From positions 58,755 to 122,754 of the forward strand of contig JALMLS010000635.1 of the NCBI GenBank assembly GCA_038496445.1: a stretch of 64,000 nucleotides of DNA, given 5' to 3'. The notes under the pieces were generated by a model. The model was given only the letters and a program-made list of their open reading frames with translations. It did not search any database and was not told where the DNA came from. A program made the translations under genes and the position numbers. This document shows, piece by piece, positions 26,903 through 41,007 of this stretch (the first letter of the stretch is position 1; the number at the start of each line of letters is the position of its first letter). Source of the stretch: Trichosphaerium sp. ATCC 40318 (Eukaryota; Protista; Tubulinea).

Positions 26903-28790
26903 TTACTTGTATGGTCTACAAGATCCTAATACATCTCTTGGTAAACTTGTTACTATTGCGGTTATATAATCTTCTCCTCTTGTGACATCAAGTACATACC
27001 TTACACGTTTTAGTAAAACAGTGGTAGCAGAATTTGGCAATATCTTTATCAAGTACCTATCAATAAACTCTTCTTGTACTTTAGGTTCATAATGAATGCC
27101 ATCTGGGGACCACCCAAAGTTGAATATTTTATGATCTGTGGTGAGTACTGTTGTTCCACCTTTTTTGAAAAAGTGTCAAAAAAAAAAAAGGCAAAAACAA
27201 AAAAATTGTTTTGACATACCTCCACCATACCATTCAGCACCACATGTGACCTTAAGGACATTTCCATTGAAATGCGTACATGGAATTTTGCCACGACAAA
27301 CAACACCACCATCAGCAACACCACACTGAAAAAAAAAAGTATATTAGTTTGCAGTTCACTAGAATACTATTCGAATGCTGTCATTATTCCTTAGCTCGAA
27401 ACTGTTTTTGTGTACACAAGAAGTAACTGTACCTGTCTCATCCCATTCCTTCCAGTAAGATATACATTATGATCTTTGGTAACAAAACCATACTGGCCTT
27501 CACTACCTGATGCCTAGAGATGTTTTGTTTACAAAAAAAAAAAAAAGTAGATGGCTTTCTTGCTTAAAATGCTGACATACTTGTATTACAAACATGTCAT
27601 TATGTGGTTCTCCACCTTCTTGTAAATGTAACACACCATTCTTAGTTAAGATCAAAGGAAAATCATAAGTTTGAGCAAGGTGTGTAACTGGATCATCTTT
27701 TGGCATTTCCTCTACTGTATCATCTTGATGTTCCCATTTATTTATTGCTATGACTTTATTTGTTTCTGTTAAAAATATAGTACTAAATGCAGTGCAACAG
27801 CAAGTAGTAAATACTTCGTCCTTATACTCATCATGATTCCTAAAAAATTCTTATTAACAAATCCAATGCAACAAAAAAATGTGTTTAGCAACGTACTCTC
27901 TAACACTTTTCCATTTTGTAGAATGGAAATAATAAGCGTCTAAGAACATGTTAATTATAGTGTATTATAAACGAACTACACCAATTCTTACTTCCTGTAA
28001 AAGTTACCAAAGCATAAATATTGTGACCCATTGCTACTTTTTTAACCTTGTATGTATCATCTCCAATTTCAATTCGTGTTGGCTCTTTTCTATCAATCAT
28101 CGTGTTTAGCTTACTTATAAAATAAAGGCACTACGCACTCCTTTATAACTGAACCCCATGCCCAACCGCAACTCTCAATATCAACGGCACAACCACCATA
28201 CTCATGAGAAGGCTCTAAAAAAACATGTCACAATGGAAAAAGAAAAAAGGCTTCTTGTGTATCACGTGATACTTTTTTACACTACATACCACATTTTTTA
28301 AATGTTGTTTCTGTTGGTAAACGCAGTGGTGCTACTTGTATTGGATATACAGACGCGTCAAGTGAAGGTACTCCCAACCTTCCGTTTACTGAAAATAAAT
28401 GTCACGCGTTAACTCTCGCATTAAATTCTTGTTTTGACGTACACACTTTGCCCCAAACGTACGTGTGAGATGTACGCCACGCAAGATAAGTCATTTTATG
28501 GTTTTTAACGAAAAATTGGCTAATATGGCTCCATTCTCCTTCTTTGTGTAAATTATCTAACAAGCTAGTGTACCGGGTAAGAGAAACAATGCTTCTAATT
28601 AAACGCGGATATTTTACCTCTTCCAAAAAGCTGGCGCTTCTGATACCTCCTTGAGGTATCTAGATACACAAGCGACTGTGCACAAGGCTTTTGGTGGCAA
28701 ATGACTCAGAATCTCGTTCAATACGTCATAAGTTTGTGTCAGTAAGCATTCTTCGATACTCATCTCTATTGGCACTCGTTTAACACTCAT
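26903..28790 (-). CDS. F-box protein with RCC1-like beta-propeller region, multi-exon
   Basis: F-box YDVLNEILSHLPPKALCTVACVSRYLKEVSEAPAFWK; YVWG..NGRLG and GWAWG RCC1-like motifs. Confidence 0.65.
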
Positions 28791-29296
28791 ATTGTTTTTG
28801 TTTGATATTGATGCTTTGGTCAATTGAGCAAAAAGCACACGTGCTGAGTAAAATGACCAATAGATTCGAAGATGATTTGTTGGTTTCAAAGAATATCTTC
28901 TGATCTTGTGATAGCAAGACCTTTTGTCGAAACAAAGATTGTCATTAGAATGAACCTATCACATGGTCTCAGTAGATTATTGATCATGGTGCTGTAGTTA
29001 TATTAAAGGTTAAGGGTAATTTTGACATCAATTGTTATGACAAAAAATTTTGTTTACATGGTGCGACGTCCAATGATTGAATGGTCAGGTCAATGATAAC
29101 TTTTCGGGTTTAAGGTTACTAGAATTTACAGTAGGCCTAACCGACCAATTAGAACAAAACCTGTCCAGCTTACCAGGGCAAGGATGCCTTAGTTCTTGCA
29201 AAGGCATTGTTTGACGCTAAACCTCTTGACTGATACCTTTATTCAAGCAGCCACATACAATGGTGATAGTAGCGTAACACTACAGTTTACAACAAA

Positions 29297-29541
29297 ATGG
29301 AAGAGACTACACAGAAAACACCAATAGCAGCTTTATGGCACTCCCCGAGATGATCATATATATTCTCAAACAACTAAATTGCGCTCGTCTTTCAGCCCAA
29401 ACGTGCCACTTTTTGCAAGATATTGTTCACAACCACGTTGGATATGGCATAATAACAAGTGAGGGAGTTAGAATTCTTGAGTTTAAGCGAATAAACTATA
29501 GTATTGGGCTATTATCTCTGTTGCTATGTCTAATAGATTAA
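29297..29541 (+). pseudogene. Truncated F-box gene relic related to the 23680 F-box/LRR gene
   Basis: ALPEMIIYILKQLN..LSAQTCHFLQDIVHNHVGY resembles APTEVLSCILSFLN..LSAAQCNVLFSDIIHSIIGY. The upstream ATG is out of frame and no LRRs follow. Confidence 0.5.
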
Positions 29542-29640
29542 CAGTGATATGCAAAAGGATTTGTTTTTTAAATAAAAGATTACACAGTTAAGGTTTCTTG
29601 ATAAAGACTTTGTTTATTGAGAAAAGCAGAAAAAAAAAAG

Positions 29641-31132
29641 TCATAGTCTTGCTAAAACTAATTTGTCCATAGTAGTGCTTGAAACATCTGGTACTTTACT
29701 CTGGAAATTACCATAACTGTCAGGTAAATCTTTTGTTGGAGAGCATGTAAATTTGGGTTGCCTCTTCTCGAAAAAACTAAGGAAACCTTCTTGCACATCA
29801 TTTGAAGATGTCATGCTTTAAAAAAATACTGAGTAAAATTTCTTTGTGTTGACGTACTGCCATAGATATCTAGATTCAGCAAGATGTGCCTCCTGAATAG
29901 AAATTAAGTAATCGATAATAATTAGGTTCAAAAAACTTACCTCAGGTGTACTAGAAGCGAGACTCTGTTTAAGCAAACGTCTATAAAAAAATAAGAAAAA
30001 AATGAGTATTCGAAGTGCTCCGTTAAATCACGTGGTATCGTACTTTGTTAAGGCTAGACATAACGGAGAACAATTGTTGGCTATATCTCTAGCAATTGAT
30101 AACGCTTTAGGTAATACTTGTGACCGTGGCGTAATGTAGTTGAACAGTTCAGGAACCTTTGTAATAAAAAATAAGTTTTTTCTTCAATTCTATCATGGGT
30201 CGATTACAATTTACCTCTTTAGGATAAAATATCCTTCCAGTCAATAACAATTCTGATGCTCTTGTAAGACCAATTAGCCTAGGCAAGAAGAAACCTAATA
30301 CACAACTTAATGGCCCAAAAACTAAAGTGATAGTTTTTGTTTTTTTCAGTACTTGCTCCGCCTTCAACAATCAAAGCTCTTCTTGCAAAGACAAACCCTA
30401 TTTTCGCATCATCAGCGACTACTCTGATATCCATAGCACAAGGCATCGTGATACCAACACTAAACAACTGTTGTCAACAGCGGTTTTTTTTTCTTGATAA
30501 ATCACAAAAAAATATAACATTTGCTTACCCTATCGCGTGACCGTTGATGCTACAGATACTGTCAGATTTCATAGTAAATATGTATTACAAGTTAAACATA
30601 CGCAGCTATGACTGGCTTTCTACAATTTGCTATAGGAAGTGTAGCTCTACCAGCAAGATCTCTAGAATGAATAGCACCTTTTTTTTTAAAATTTTTGTGA
30701 GAAAAAAAGTTCAAATTAATAATTGTGCCGGTTGGCACTTGTGACAAGTCATAGAATACAATTGAATACGTTTAATGAGCTTAAAGCCCACCGTGGTATT
30801 TCTTTTAAGCGTTTTGACGCAGGGAAAAGCGATTGTACCTGTTGTTCCTTCCTTTTTGAACTCATCTTCGTTAATTGGGTTCGCAAACGCTTTTAGATCA
30901 GCTCCAGCACAAAACATCTTTCCTTGGCCAGTTACTACAATTACCTATTTCTGTAAGCACCTAATATGGATTAAATACGCGTTACCTTTACGCTGTCATC
31001 AGTATCTAACGCTGTAAAGAGGTTTCTGATCTCTTCGGATAATTTATAGTTGTACGCATTGTATGGCGGATTCTTTAATGTTACAAGGGTAACACCATCG
31101 CCTTTATCCTCAACAAGCAGTTGCTCCATCAT
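29641..31132 (-). CDS. Enoyl-CoA hydratase/isomerase (crotonase) with peroxisomal PTS1 (-ARL)
   Basis: VTGQGKMFCAGADL, KPVIAAINGHAIGVGIT..CAMDIRV, FFLPRLIGLTRASELLLTG, DVQEGFLSFFEKRQPKF; ends ...LVLARL*. Confidence 0.92.
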
Positions 31133-32094
31133 TTAACCGAAGCTATCAAAGTCAAAGTTAGGTAAACCATTTTTTTAGAAAGTGTAAAAAAGACGTTAGG
31201 TTTGTTATCTCTAAAGTTGTGCAAGCACCTCTTGCCGTCGTACATAATCGTTTGACAGCACCACGTTATGAGAAAAAAGCATGTGAGGCATCCAGCGGGA
31301 CATACAAAGCAATTGTGACTCACATGTTTTTTTGTTGATTTACAAAGGAGCGTAGTGGGTTCGTATTTCACCAACTGTTTTTTGTTCTTATTTGTACTTT
31401 TTAGTTTTTGATCCTACGGCTCGAGTCTTTGAATGATAGTTGAGCGTTCATTTAAAAACTCTTGAAGTTTTGGTACAAATGACAGATCTGCTCGTGAATA
31501 TAATTTCCTAAGCCTAGCTGTACTTTTTTTTTTTTATCAATTTTAAAATGCATCTTGCATTTTACCCACGCGTGTACAGATTTGGATAGTAGTTCTAAGG
31601 TTTTTATCCAGACGATAAAAAGTGTACTTAGGATCTTAAGAAAAAGGTTTTCCGTATTACTAACAGCATGCAAGCCGACAATGTAGTTCGGAGGGCTGAA
31701 AGAAAAAGCTGAAGACTCTTCAAATAAAAGGGAGTAACCTCAATCTTCTTTCCGGCCGCTATATGGTTATGCCAATAACACATGGGGTGTACTACAACGA
31801 GCACTATTGTTTCACCGCTTTATTGGGTAAAAAACGTTCCAAATCACGTGTTAAACGTGGTATGACTGTTTTATTGCGATTAAATGAAATTACATAGTGG
31901 GCGATAATTTCTCCCTTTTGTGCACCCAAATGTTGTTAAGTGGCCGATAAAAACGGTATGTTCTTACGAACCTGCTAGAGTAAGAATGGGAAACTGCTTG
32001 GTACCCTCTTTTTAAGTCCAAAAACCAAAAAGCTCTGTTTTGTGAATTGTTCTATAACAACAACAAAGACCTTTACAGCAACAACAAAAACAGG

Positions 32095-33079
32095 ATGCAA
32101 CACACCTCTCTCCTTGTTCTCTTACTTTCTTGCTTTGTTTTATCAACAATCGCTTGCCGTTGCGCTCAACGCAGTGAAGAAGAAGTATTTTGCGCATCAG
32201 ACGCTGTTCTTAAAGTCAAAATAAGATTTGAACGTCGTACTCGCCCAACCAGCCTACAAAGAAGATTTTTCGCAGAAGTACTTGATAATTTCAAGTTCCC
32301 AAGCTCTGGTGAACCTAGATATGTTTGGATAGTTACAGGGTACGTACTTTACCAGGTTTTCTCTCCTATTTGCCTGTTTAACACTATCTTAGATCAAGCT
32401 CTGCTGCTTGTGGCGTTGACTTTGAAGTCGGAAAGGTAACTTGTCCAAACACGTGGGCAGTTTTTTTTCTTTTTTTGCTTTCAATTTCAAGCTTTGATTT
32501 TTTTATGTTCGTTTGCTCTTTCTAACACGTCAATAACAGGAATACCTCGTACCTGGTGCGATTGTAGATGGACCAACCAGAATACCTGTTATTTCGACCT
32601 CTACTTGCTCAACCAATGGCTTCTGTACCGTTCCACCAAATCCAACATGCGAGAGCGGTACAACATGTGTTTTTTGTACACTAGCTCTTCCACGGTGTAG
32701 AGAAGGATGTGAAAACTGTGTTATCACTCCTGGGTCATGTGAAGCTTGCGCAACAGCCACTTGTGAAGATGACTGCGTATTTTGTACACAAGCTATTCCA
32801 CAGTGTGAAGAAGGATGTGCAAACTGTGAAATCACTCCTCAGACATGCGACTCATGCGCTACTGCCACATGCAAAGATTGTGTTGTTTGTACACAAGCAG
32901 TTCCAGAGTGTGATGCCGACTGCGTCAAGTGCGCTATCAGCCCTCAAACATGTGATTCTTGTGCCTCAGCCCAATGTTGCGACTTTTTAAGATGCTTCCC
33001 TGGACCTTCAAGCTGTACTGAAGGATGTGCATTGAGCGGTACAACATGTTGTGCTGATACATGTGTTCCAGGATTCTAA
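32095..33079 (+). CDS. Secreted TIMP/NTR-like protein with three cysteine-rich (Opy2-like) repeats
   Basis: Signal peptide then C-R-C...FCASDAVLKVK, SSAACGV.FEVGKEYLV (TIMP N-domain); three repeats of the type CVFCTQAIPQCEEGCANCEITPQTCDSCATATC; two introns. Confidence 0.8.
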
Positions 33080-33417
33080 ACTAAATAAAACAACCTTTGA
33101 TCTATACAAACTGCGTTTTGTTGTCTTTCCTCTAATTTCTGTGTATGTAAACAGAAATTGAGGCGTACTGCTCCTGACACTTCCTTACCTAATCATACAT
33201 ATTGTCATATGCATTCTCCCATGTAGTACTATTACTGTCATTCAACAGAGCTTCAATTAAGCAAAGCCTTCGTTCGAACTATTAAAAAGAAATGTATTCA
33301 AAAAACAAACTAATGTGTCTCCTGATGAGTTACACATCTTACAGTCTGTATGTGTATACACTAACAAGATAGATATATACATCTATGTATAGATATAAAA
33401 TAGCCTACGGCTACTCT

Positions 33418-34213
33418 CAATGAAGACCATGGATCAACACCGTTTTTTACCGACAACACAATACCTAAAGGATATTTTCAGAACACTATAAAGTTTTTTG
33501 ACTGGGACGCACGTTATCATCATTGCAAAACCTAATAATCCACATGCAAGGGCTGCCACAAAACCTAGAATGCCTGCTATACCCAAAGACATGATTCCCA
33601 AGCTAATTAGAGGATGTGAGGACGGATGAGGTTTGGTTTACGTAAAAAACAGAAAATTTATGTTATTTAGTTAAAGCGTACATTAAATACCATACACCGC
33701 GTGTTAGATAGTTGTAGTATACTTGCGTGTGTGCTGCGGTCCAGCAGTAAACACCAACTTCAGCCAGAATTGAGAAAATAGCAAAAACCCTAAAACGCGC
33801 TTTAGTTTTGATTAGACGTACGTAGAGTTATTCCTTTGCGTCAAGAAGGTTCAGATTTCAAATTGCAAGCGATTGCGCCGAAAGTAGAAGTTAAAAAACT
33901 AGCGTACACTAAGATACCACACATTATGTAAATCGCGAGATGGAAGTTAATATTATCGATTTCGTCGTTTACTACCAGAAAGATTTCTCCTTTTCGCTTT
34001 GTTTCTTTCCAAATACCCACACAAGCTACAGCCTACGTAGTAGTGAGTACGTTAAACCTGAGAATTTGAAACTAGCGCTAAAGCACGTCAAGGTACGCAG
34101 AGGTGCGCATGAACGAGCTATTCAACGCCTCCAAAGCCTTATTGATGCTGTAATTTACGTACTATCACATAAAGCATTAAAAAGACCGCTATTACTGTGT
34201 ACACCTTCTCCAT
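33418..34213 (-). CDS. Small multi-pass membrane protein, COPI-associated/TVP15-like (3' end uncertain)
   Basis: Exons FAIFSILAEV...YNYLTRGVWYLILGIMSLG...ACGLLGFAMMI match the E...RG.FY..G pattern of COPI-associated proteins. Confidence 0.5.
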
Positions 34214-34360
34214 GTTTAGGTGAGGCGTCTTGGAATCTCCCATCTTTCTATAGTTACTAGGCATCTTGTCAGACTTGTTTTTTCTTTTTTGATTTAAGCG
34301 AGGCTAAGGCGCACTTGAACTTAACCTAGCACGTGATTTCTACAACGCCTTATTGGCTTC

Positions 34361-35682
34361 ATGAACCGCACAATACCCGACTTTTGTGTTTCACCAGAAC
34401 GTTTTGAAAGATTAAATACAGTACTCTCTTTAATAACGATTTCATCGTTTGGTATTGCGTTTATTGGTACATCAATAGCATTGGCATGGTTCTGGCATAA
34501 TAGTAAGAAGGAACCAGGGAAAAAGCAGTGGAGCATAGCTGTCACATTACACTGCACGTATTTATCACCATAAAACGCTATTAAAACGTACGCTAAATGG
34601 TTATCAATAGGTTTGATCCCTATTTTCTTGGCTGGTACGTATTTTAAGACAAAAGAAGTATTCGCTGTCTCGACCATACTGCAATTACTTATAATGTGTT
34701 TTGGTAGTTGATACTATAAGCCAAGGCGTTTATTTCACTCAATCTGACTTTTCTGTGAGTATTGCTTGTCAGATTTTTCCTTGGACTGTTATGCTAAATT
34801 CTCTTGGTGGATACATATTCCTTTTTTTAAACTTTGTACTGTTGTTGTTTTGGTACGACACGTGATTTTTCTTTTTTTTTCTTTTGAACACGTGATTGGT
34901 TTTGTTGATGTTTATACTATATAAGGACAGCGATGACGTATCAATTCAAGTTCACTAGTAGTGTTCTCAGAGAAAAACTTCGAATAGGTTATTTGGTTAT
35001 TCTAGTTTCTCTTTCTCTTACATGGATAGCTCTTATGAGCGCTCTTTGGGCTGTATACTATGCTTTTACCGTCAATAAGATAAACTGGACAACGTATTTG
35101 CGTAACATTGACATGGTACATTCAGTTGAGGTTAGTCAAGAGACGCTGACATTAAAACACTAAACTTTTTCTAACGTTTAAAAACAGTTATGGGTTCATG
35201 GATCTTTGGCTTTCATCATTAGCGTCATATTCGCTGTTACTGGTAGTAGACTATATAGAACTATGGCTAGGATACCAACAGATATTAGACGTTATAATGC
35301 AAAGAAGGTACGAAGAACTTACATTTTCTCAATTTTTTCTGCTTCTAACTTGTCTTTTTTGAAAGATTGCTTTTCTCACTTGTATCTGCGCCTTAACTTT
35401 CCTTGGACGAAGTATTAATATCGCACTTCAATATTACATCCGCAACAGTCCAGAGACTCAGTTATTTTTATCAATGAATGCAGCTTTTGTACTCAAATTG
35501 GCGCCCACAATATTGATCTGTGTAATTCTTCACCTAAAGTTTAAGAAAATAGAACCGAATGAAGGAGTACGTGTTCCAAAAAACATAGTTACAAATACTG
35601 ATCAAAGCGTATCTAGGATAAACAACTATTGGGTATATCACCAACAGTGACATCGTATTTGAAAGAAGGTATGGACAGTTGA
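34361..35682 (+). CDS. Multi-pass (about 7 TM) membrane protein, THH1/TOM1/GPR137-like
   Basis: Several hydrophobic helices, LFLNFVLLLFW, IISVIFAVTGSRLYRTM, then KKIAFLTCIC; multi-exon. Confidence 0.6.
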
Positions 35683-35786
35683 CTTTCAATTATACAAGAA
35701 AAATGTAATAAAAACACGTTGTAATTTTACTGATTTGCGTTGTGCTAGCACAAGTTTCTCTTTCTTCTCATAGTCTATACGCTCCT

Positions 35787-36657
35787 CTACTGAGCCTTTT
35801 TTGCAAATACTGCCTTCACAAAAGTCTGGTACCTAATCTTGAAGCAAGCAAGTGTCAACATCTCGAACACAACACCGTTTGGGGTTTTTTTTGAACAGCC
35901 CTTACCTTTCCACTACTTTGTGGATCAGCCATTGATATCATTTTGTTCAACTCCTCATTACTCAAAGCCTATCGCACGTGTAAGATATCTATGAAAAATG
36001 AAAAGTCTGTCACTAACATTTCCTCGCTGTGTCATGATCTACAAACGAGTTTTAGTTTATCACGTGTTTTCTACAACCAAAAATTATTTGTTGAGTACTT
36101 TTTTAAAGTCTGAAACCTTTACTGTTCCACTTCCTGTAGAATCAAAAGCCTCAAACGCTGATATCATAGTTGCAGCTGGATCCTCAGTGATAAACGTGTT
36201 TTCATAGATTTTTAGAAACTATCATCGAATCAAAACCACTAACAAGTCGTATAACACATACATCTGGATAATCTACAGTACCACTACCACCTGGATCAGC
36301 TCCTACCACTAAATTAGTCGCTGATATAAGTAAATCAAGCGTACGTACTTCCTATAGCATCATCCAGTACGTCCTTTGGAGGGTACGAACCTACCACTGT
36401 TAACACGAAAACTCCGTTTCTCTAAGTTTAAAAACTATGCCAGTACCACAAGCACGTATGACTGTAGCCACTGTTCCCGTTGGAATAGCGCCAGATGCAG
36501 CTTTATCCTTGTAAATATTAAATAATAGAACGCTACCACTGCTAGTACGGTACCCACAGCGTGAACACCTCCTTGATCTAATTTAAACAAAAAGGTTAAA
36601 ATTTTATCACGTGGAACTATAACAAACCTCTTCAGGCTTTAAACGAGTATTAGACAT
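35787..36657 (-). CDS. Calmodulin-like / myosin light chain EF-hand protein
   Basis: IKEVFTLWDKAASGAI, ADPGGSGTVDYPDF, AFEAFDSTGSG, EELNKMISMADPQSSGKIRYQTFVK. Confidence 0.85.
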
Positions 36658-36878
36658 ACTAAGCAAAGTGATTGTTTGGTACGCAATGTTTTTAATCAAT
36701 TTTGCGCTGCCACAGGCTTAATTGGCGGTTTTTTAAGTCAAACACACTCAGAACATCAACTAAATTGCTCGCGATGGTAAAAACGATTTTGGGCATTGAA
36801 TACTGGCGTTTTAGGCGAAAGAGAACTTGATTGATGTACCGGACTTAAGAAAGTGATACAAACGGCTTTTTCCTAACA

Positions 36879-38233
36879 ATGGCAAGCGGTACAGTTTTCG
36901 TTGAAGATTCGAGGGTATTGCTCCAACACACGCCAGCATGGCTTTCAAACAATTTAGAATTCTTTGCGCCTCCAGTGTGCAATAAACTCATGCACGGCGA
37001 AGGGCAGCTCAAGGTTATGTATGTTGGAGGTCCGAATCAACGAAAAGACTATCACATCGAAGAAGGAGAGGTAAGCGTGCTTTTTTTGAGCTTAATTGTG
37101 ATGTTTGACTAGGAGTACTTCTATCAAGTCAAAGGAGACATGGTTTTGAAGGTTATAGAGAAGGTAAAGAAAATATCCACGTAACGAATCAAAACCGCCA
37201 TAGCGTAACTCCTTGCATTGGTTTCATCGCCCCGGGCACTATTACTCATTTTAGACATAGGGAAAACCAAAAGACATTATTATCAAAGAAGGCGAGTGTT
37301 TCACACTCCCTGCACGTATACCACACTCCCCGCAAGTACGCCGCTTAAAAGTACTGGACTCGAATCTAATAAAACTCTGTTTAGCGCTTTGAAGATACAA
37401 TTGGTCTTGTCATAGAGCGTGAGCGAACATCAAACGAAACAGACTGTTTGAGATGGTACTAGTAGAACAAAAAGTTCTTTAACTGAAAAGTTTTCTGACG
37501 TTTCTAATGTTCTTAGGTATACTGATGACTTCTCACAAGTTCTATACGAGGAATGGTTTCATTGTAATGACCTAGGTGCTGAATTACCGCCTGTCATTAA
37601 CCGGTATATGGCATCAAAGCAACACAAGGTTCGTTTTTTTTTTTTGGACTAAAACTGCCTCATAACTAATCTCTTTAACGCCTAGACTGGCAAACCTACC
37701 CCTGGAACAATAACAGACAAACCTCCATTTAAGGTTGATGTAACAACATCTCTACCAGAAGCTATGTCGTTGAAGAAATGGATATCAGATAGAAAAGATG
37801 AATTGAGCAAAGGTTCTGCTCTTCTGGCAGATGGTGAGTTGCCCTACATTCACTGTTTTGGCTGTACCTCTCACTCGTACTTTAGGAGAGTTTAAGATAA
37901 AGATTTGTGGTAACGATAAGAGCAGACGTGTTCAAAAGTATGAAAGAAGCGGCGAAACGTGGCTTTACCAAATAAGTGGACTTTCAGTCGTTCAAGTTGG
38001 TAATGGACCTGTTATTGAGCTACAAGAAGGTGATTCTTACTTAGTACCATGTAATACAGAGTATATGCATAAGGCACGTGGAAGAAATTACTACGAAGAC
38101 TTGAAATTTAGATGAACTTTGTCGGCTCTTTCATGAACTAAAAACCGTCCATTTTAACCCGCCATAGACTTCTGACGAAGATGATCATAAGGGCATAAGC
38201 TTAGAGTTGTTTATTATTCTGAAGCGACGTTAA
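36879..38233 (+). CDS. HAAO: 3-hydroxyanthranilate 3,4-dioxygenase (long, two-domain form)
   Basis: [78 protein letters not shown]; C-terminal cupin ETWLYQISG. Confidence 0.95.
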
Positions 38234-38501
38234 ATGACAAGTCAGAATAAAAGCCTTCGAGCATTTCCTTTTTTCCTGTAAAAATTTACGCACCAAAAAT
38301 AAAAAAACTGTGTTCAAATCTAGTCGCGAAGGTTCGTTCCGAGAAATTATATCAAAAAAATACTGTAACGGCTACCTAAATAAATATTTTGTACGAATCG
38401 CCTCATCTTCGCCACACATGATAATAGGTAAGTGTACAGAACACAATTCCGATGTATTGCCGTATTGATTATTATTAGGGCGTAAAAGAACGCTAGATAT
38501 A

Positions 38502-41007
38502 ATGAGCTCTCCACCGCTACCTGGTACGGACCACTTTTCAAGGTGACAAGCAAGTAACATGTTTTTTTGTAGACACGACTTCTTTTTCAGCGCGCCTTAT
38601 TGCTTCAAGAGTGCCTGTAGTTACAACAAAGAAGAAACGTAAAAAACGCCTCACATTCCTTGTTCCAGGCACAATGCGATTCAAGCGATTTATTACTAAC
38701 CACAGTATAGATGCACCTCTAAAGAAACGAGTGAGATCAAATGAAACGTCATCCCAAACAATTGAACGACTTTCAGCAATTCGCATTTCGTACGTTTTTT
38801 CAGAAACTACTGCTTTTAGAGCTAATCGTATATACCAGTAACGCAACAATATCAGAAACACAGCTATCTAGAGCGCTTATTGGTTTAAAACACAAAACTT
38901 TACTCAAAATAGAGGAAACGTATAATCAATATAAGAAAGGAGATGATATACCTGACTGGGTATTTTTTGCTGTAGTTGGAACACAATCAAAAGCGAAGAA
39001 ATCGAAAAACAAGTAATTCTTTTCGGAAAAAAACAAAAATCAAAAAAAAATCTGTTTCGTTTTTTTCAAGGAACTGACGAACTCTTTAGGAAGTCTTATG
39101 TTGTATGGGTACTCACAGACTTACATTCAAACCGTACAGTAAAGCTTTCTCTTTGGGATGAAGCTGTAAAGGCGCATTACGGTAAAATTAAGAACGGTAC
39201 AGTTGTTGCTGTTGTAAATCCAACATTTGTTCAATCTAAACAAGTACGTCGTTGCCCTTGCTAGCCCTTGCTATCTCTTCGGTTTTTACTTATATTTCTT
39301 GTTATAGAACTCCAAGATGTTCTTACTTAGTCTATCAAGAGGATCACAAGTACACCCACTTGGTACTTCTACTGACTATGCGACTTGCTCAAGCAAGTCA
39401 AAAGATGGTAAACCATGTACAAATTTTGTGAATGCGTAAGTCCATTACATTGATATTTTCTTCCTGGTCTTATACCTTTTATACCTCTTTATAATCTTAT
39501 TAATCATTAACGCTCTAAATTAGACGTGCTGGTGCTCACTGTGCTTACCACGCATTTGCTTCTTTAAAAAAATTACCAAATATTAGAATGGAATTCAACG
39601 ACCCATTGTACGTCTTTGTACATACTCTCCTGTTATTGCTCACTTATTTAAAGCCGAGCTAAGACACAGTTCTCAGAAACAAGACCTCGTAATTTCTCTA
39701 GAGGGTTTTTTGAAGACTTGGATGAGAAGAATCCTCGAATAGAAGAAGAAGAAGAAGAAAAACAGAAAAAACCTAAAAGAAAAACTAAAAAGAAAAAAGT
39801 GGCGCCAAAAAAACCAGCACGATCACTTGAACAACTGTACGTTTTTTATTAATAATTCCAATTTATTAATTAATAATGGATATCTATAGGGCAGCTTTAT
39901 TACCTTCAGACTCGTTAGGGTTATCACAAATTCGAAAATCTCGAGGAAAAGTAACACAAAAGAAAGAAGAGGAAGATGAGAAACCTCTGCTCTTAACAAA
40001 TGAGGATGTTCTAGATCATATATGTGGCATGACGTACGGTCTTAGTTGATACCACAAAATCATGATTACCTTCTTGTAACACAAACATTTAGGACAGGGA
40101 GTGTACCTCAGTTTTTGCACCCAAATTCTGGACCTGTGAATCAAGACAAAGAAGAAAGTGATGATTCTGACGGTGATGACTTTGTAGTAGAATTTGAAGA
40201 TGATACAGCAATGCCCGATATAACATTGTGTAAGACGCCCATAAAAGATAAGGTACATTGGCTATTGTCAGTAAAGATAAGACGAGCCTTATTTTTTTTT
40301 CAGGTAGAATCTTTATGTTATGAACTTTCGGCGACACCTCCTCTTACACCACCATCAACGTCTTCACCTGAAAATATTACAATTGGTATCCTTAAAACAG
40401 ATAAAATGAAAATAGAAACTAGTCCGCCCAAGAACGTGTCTTGGTCCGCTGATACACGTGAACCAAAACCGTCAAGGGATAAGCTAAGGTACTAAAAAAG
40501 TCGGCGTGTGTTTTGAATTAACAAGTATTTAGGAGGCGTATGATGAGGGCTACAAAGCGTAGAGTGTTGCCAAAGAATTCACCTAATAAATTATTACGAT
40601 CGAAGGATTCAACAGCGCCTGAGGTAGTGCGTGCTTACAAGTGTAATGAGGTACTTGATTATTTATTATTTAATTATTATTTCTTTTTGCTTTTTTTTTT
40701 TCTGAGTTAGTGTTCTCTTCCTGTGGCCACTGGTTTATTTTTATTGTAGTGTGAATCTGTTTCAGAGACAATATGTAATTATGTAGGACATCATATAGAG
40801 ATTGTTTCAGTACCTAAAGTGTTGTACCGCTGTGATCATTGCCGATGCAAAAAATATAAACTTGGCGATTTTTTATCTGCTTGTCGGTACGTCATAACAG
40901 AACCACCCTCTATACTTTGATATATGCTGACACCCTATTTTTTAAGGCTTTGTAGGAATACAAAAATGACCAAAGTAGACGTTGAAGCCAAGACGTCTTC
41001 AAAATAA
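38502..41007 (+). CDS. MCM10: DNA replication factor MCM10
   Basis: OB fold DWVFFAVV...YVVWVLTDL..GTVVAVVNP; CCCH finger LGTSTDYATCSSKSKDGKPCTNFVN...HCAYH; RMEF; C-terminal Zn motifs YKCNEC, GHHI, YRCDHC. Confidence 0.88.
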
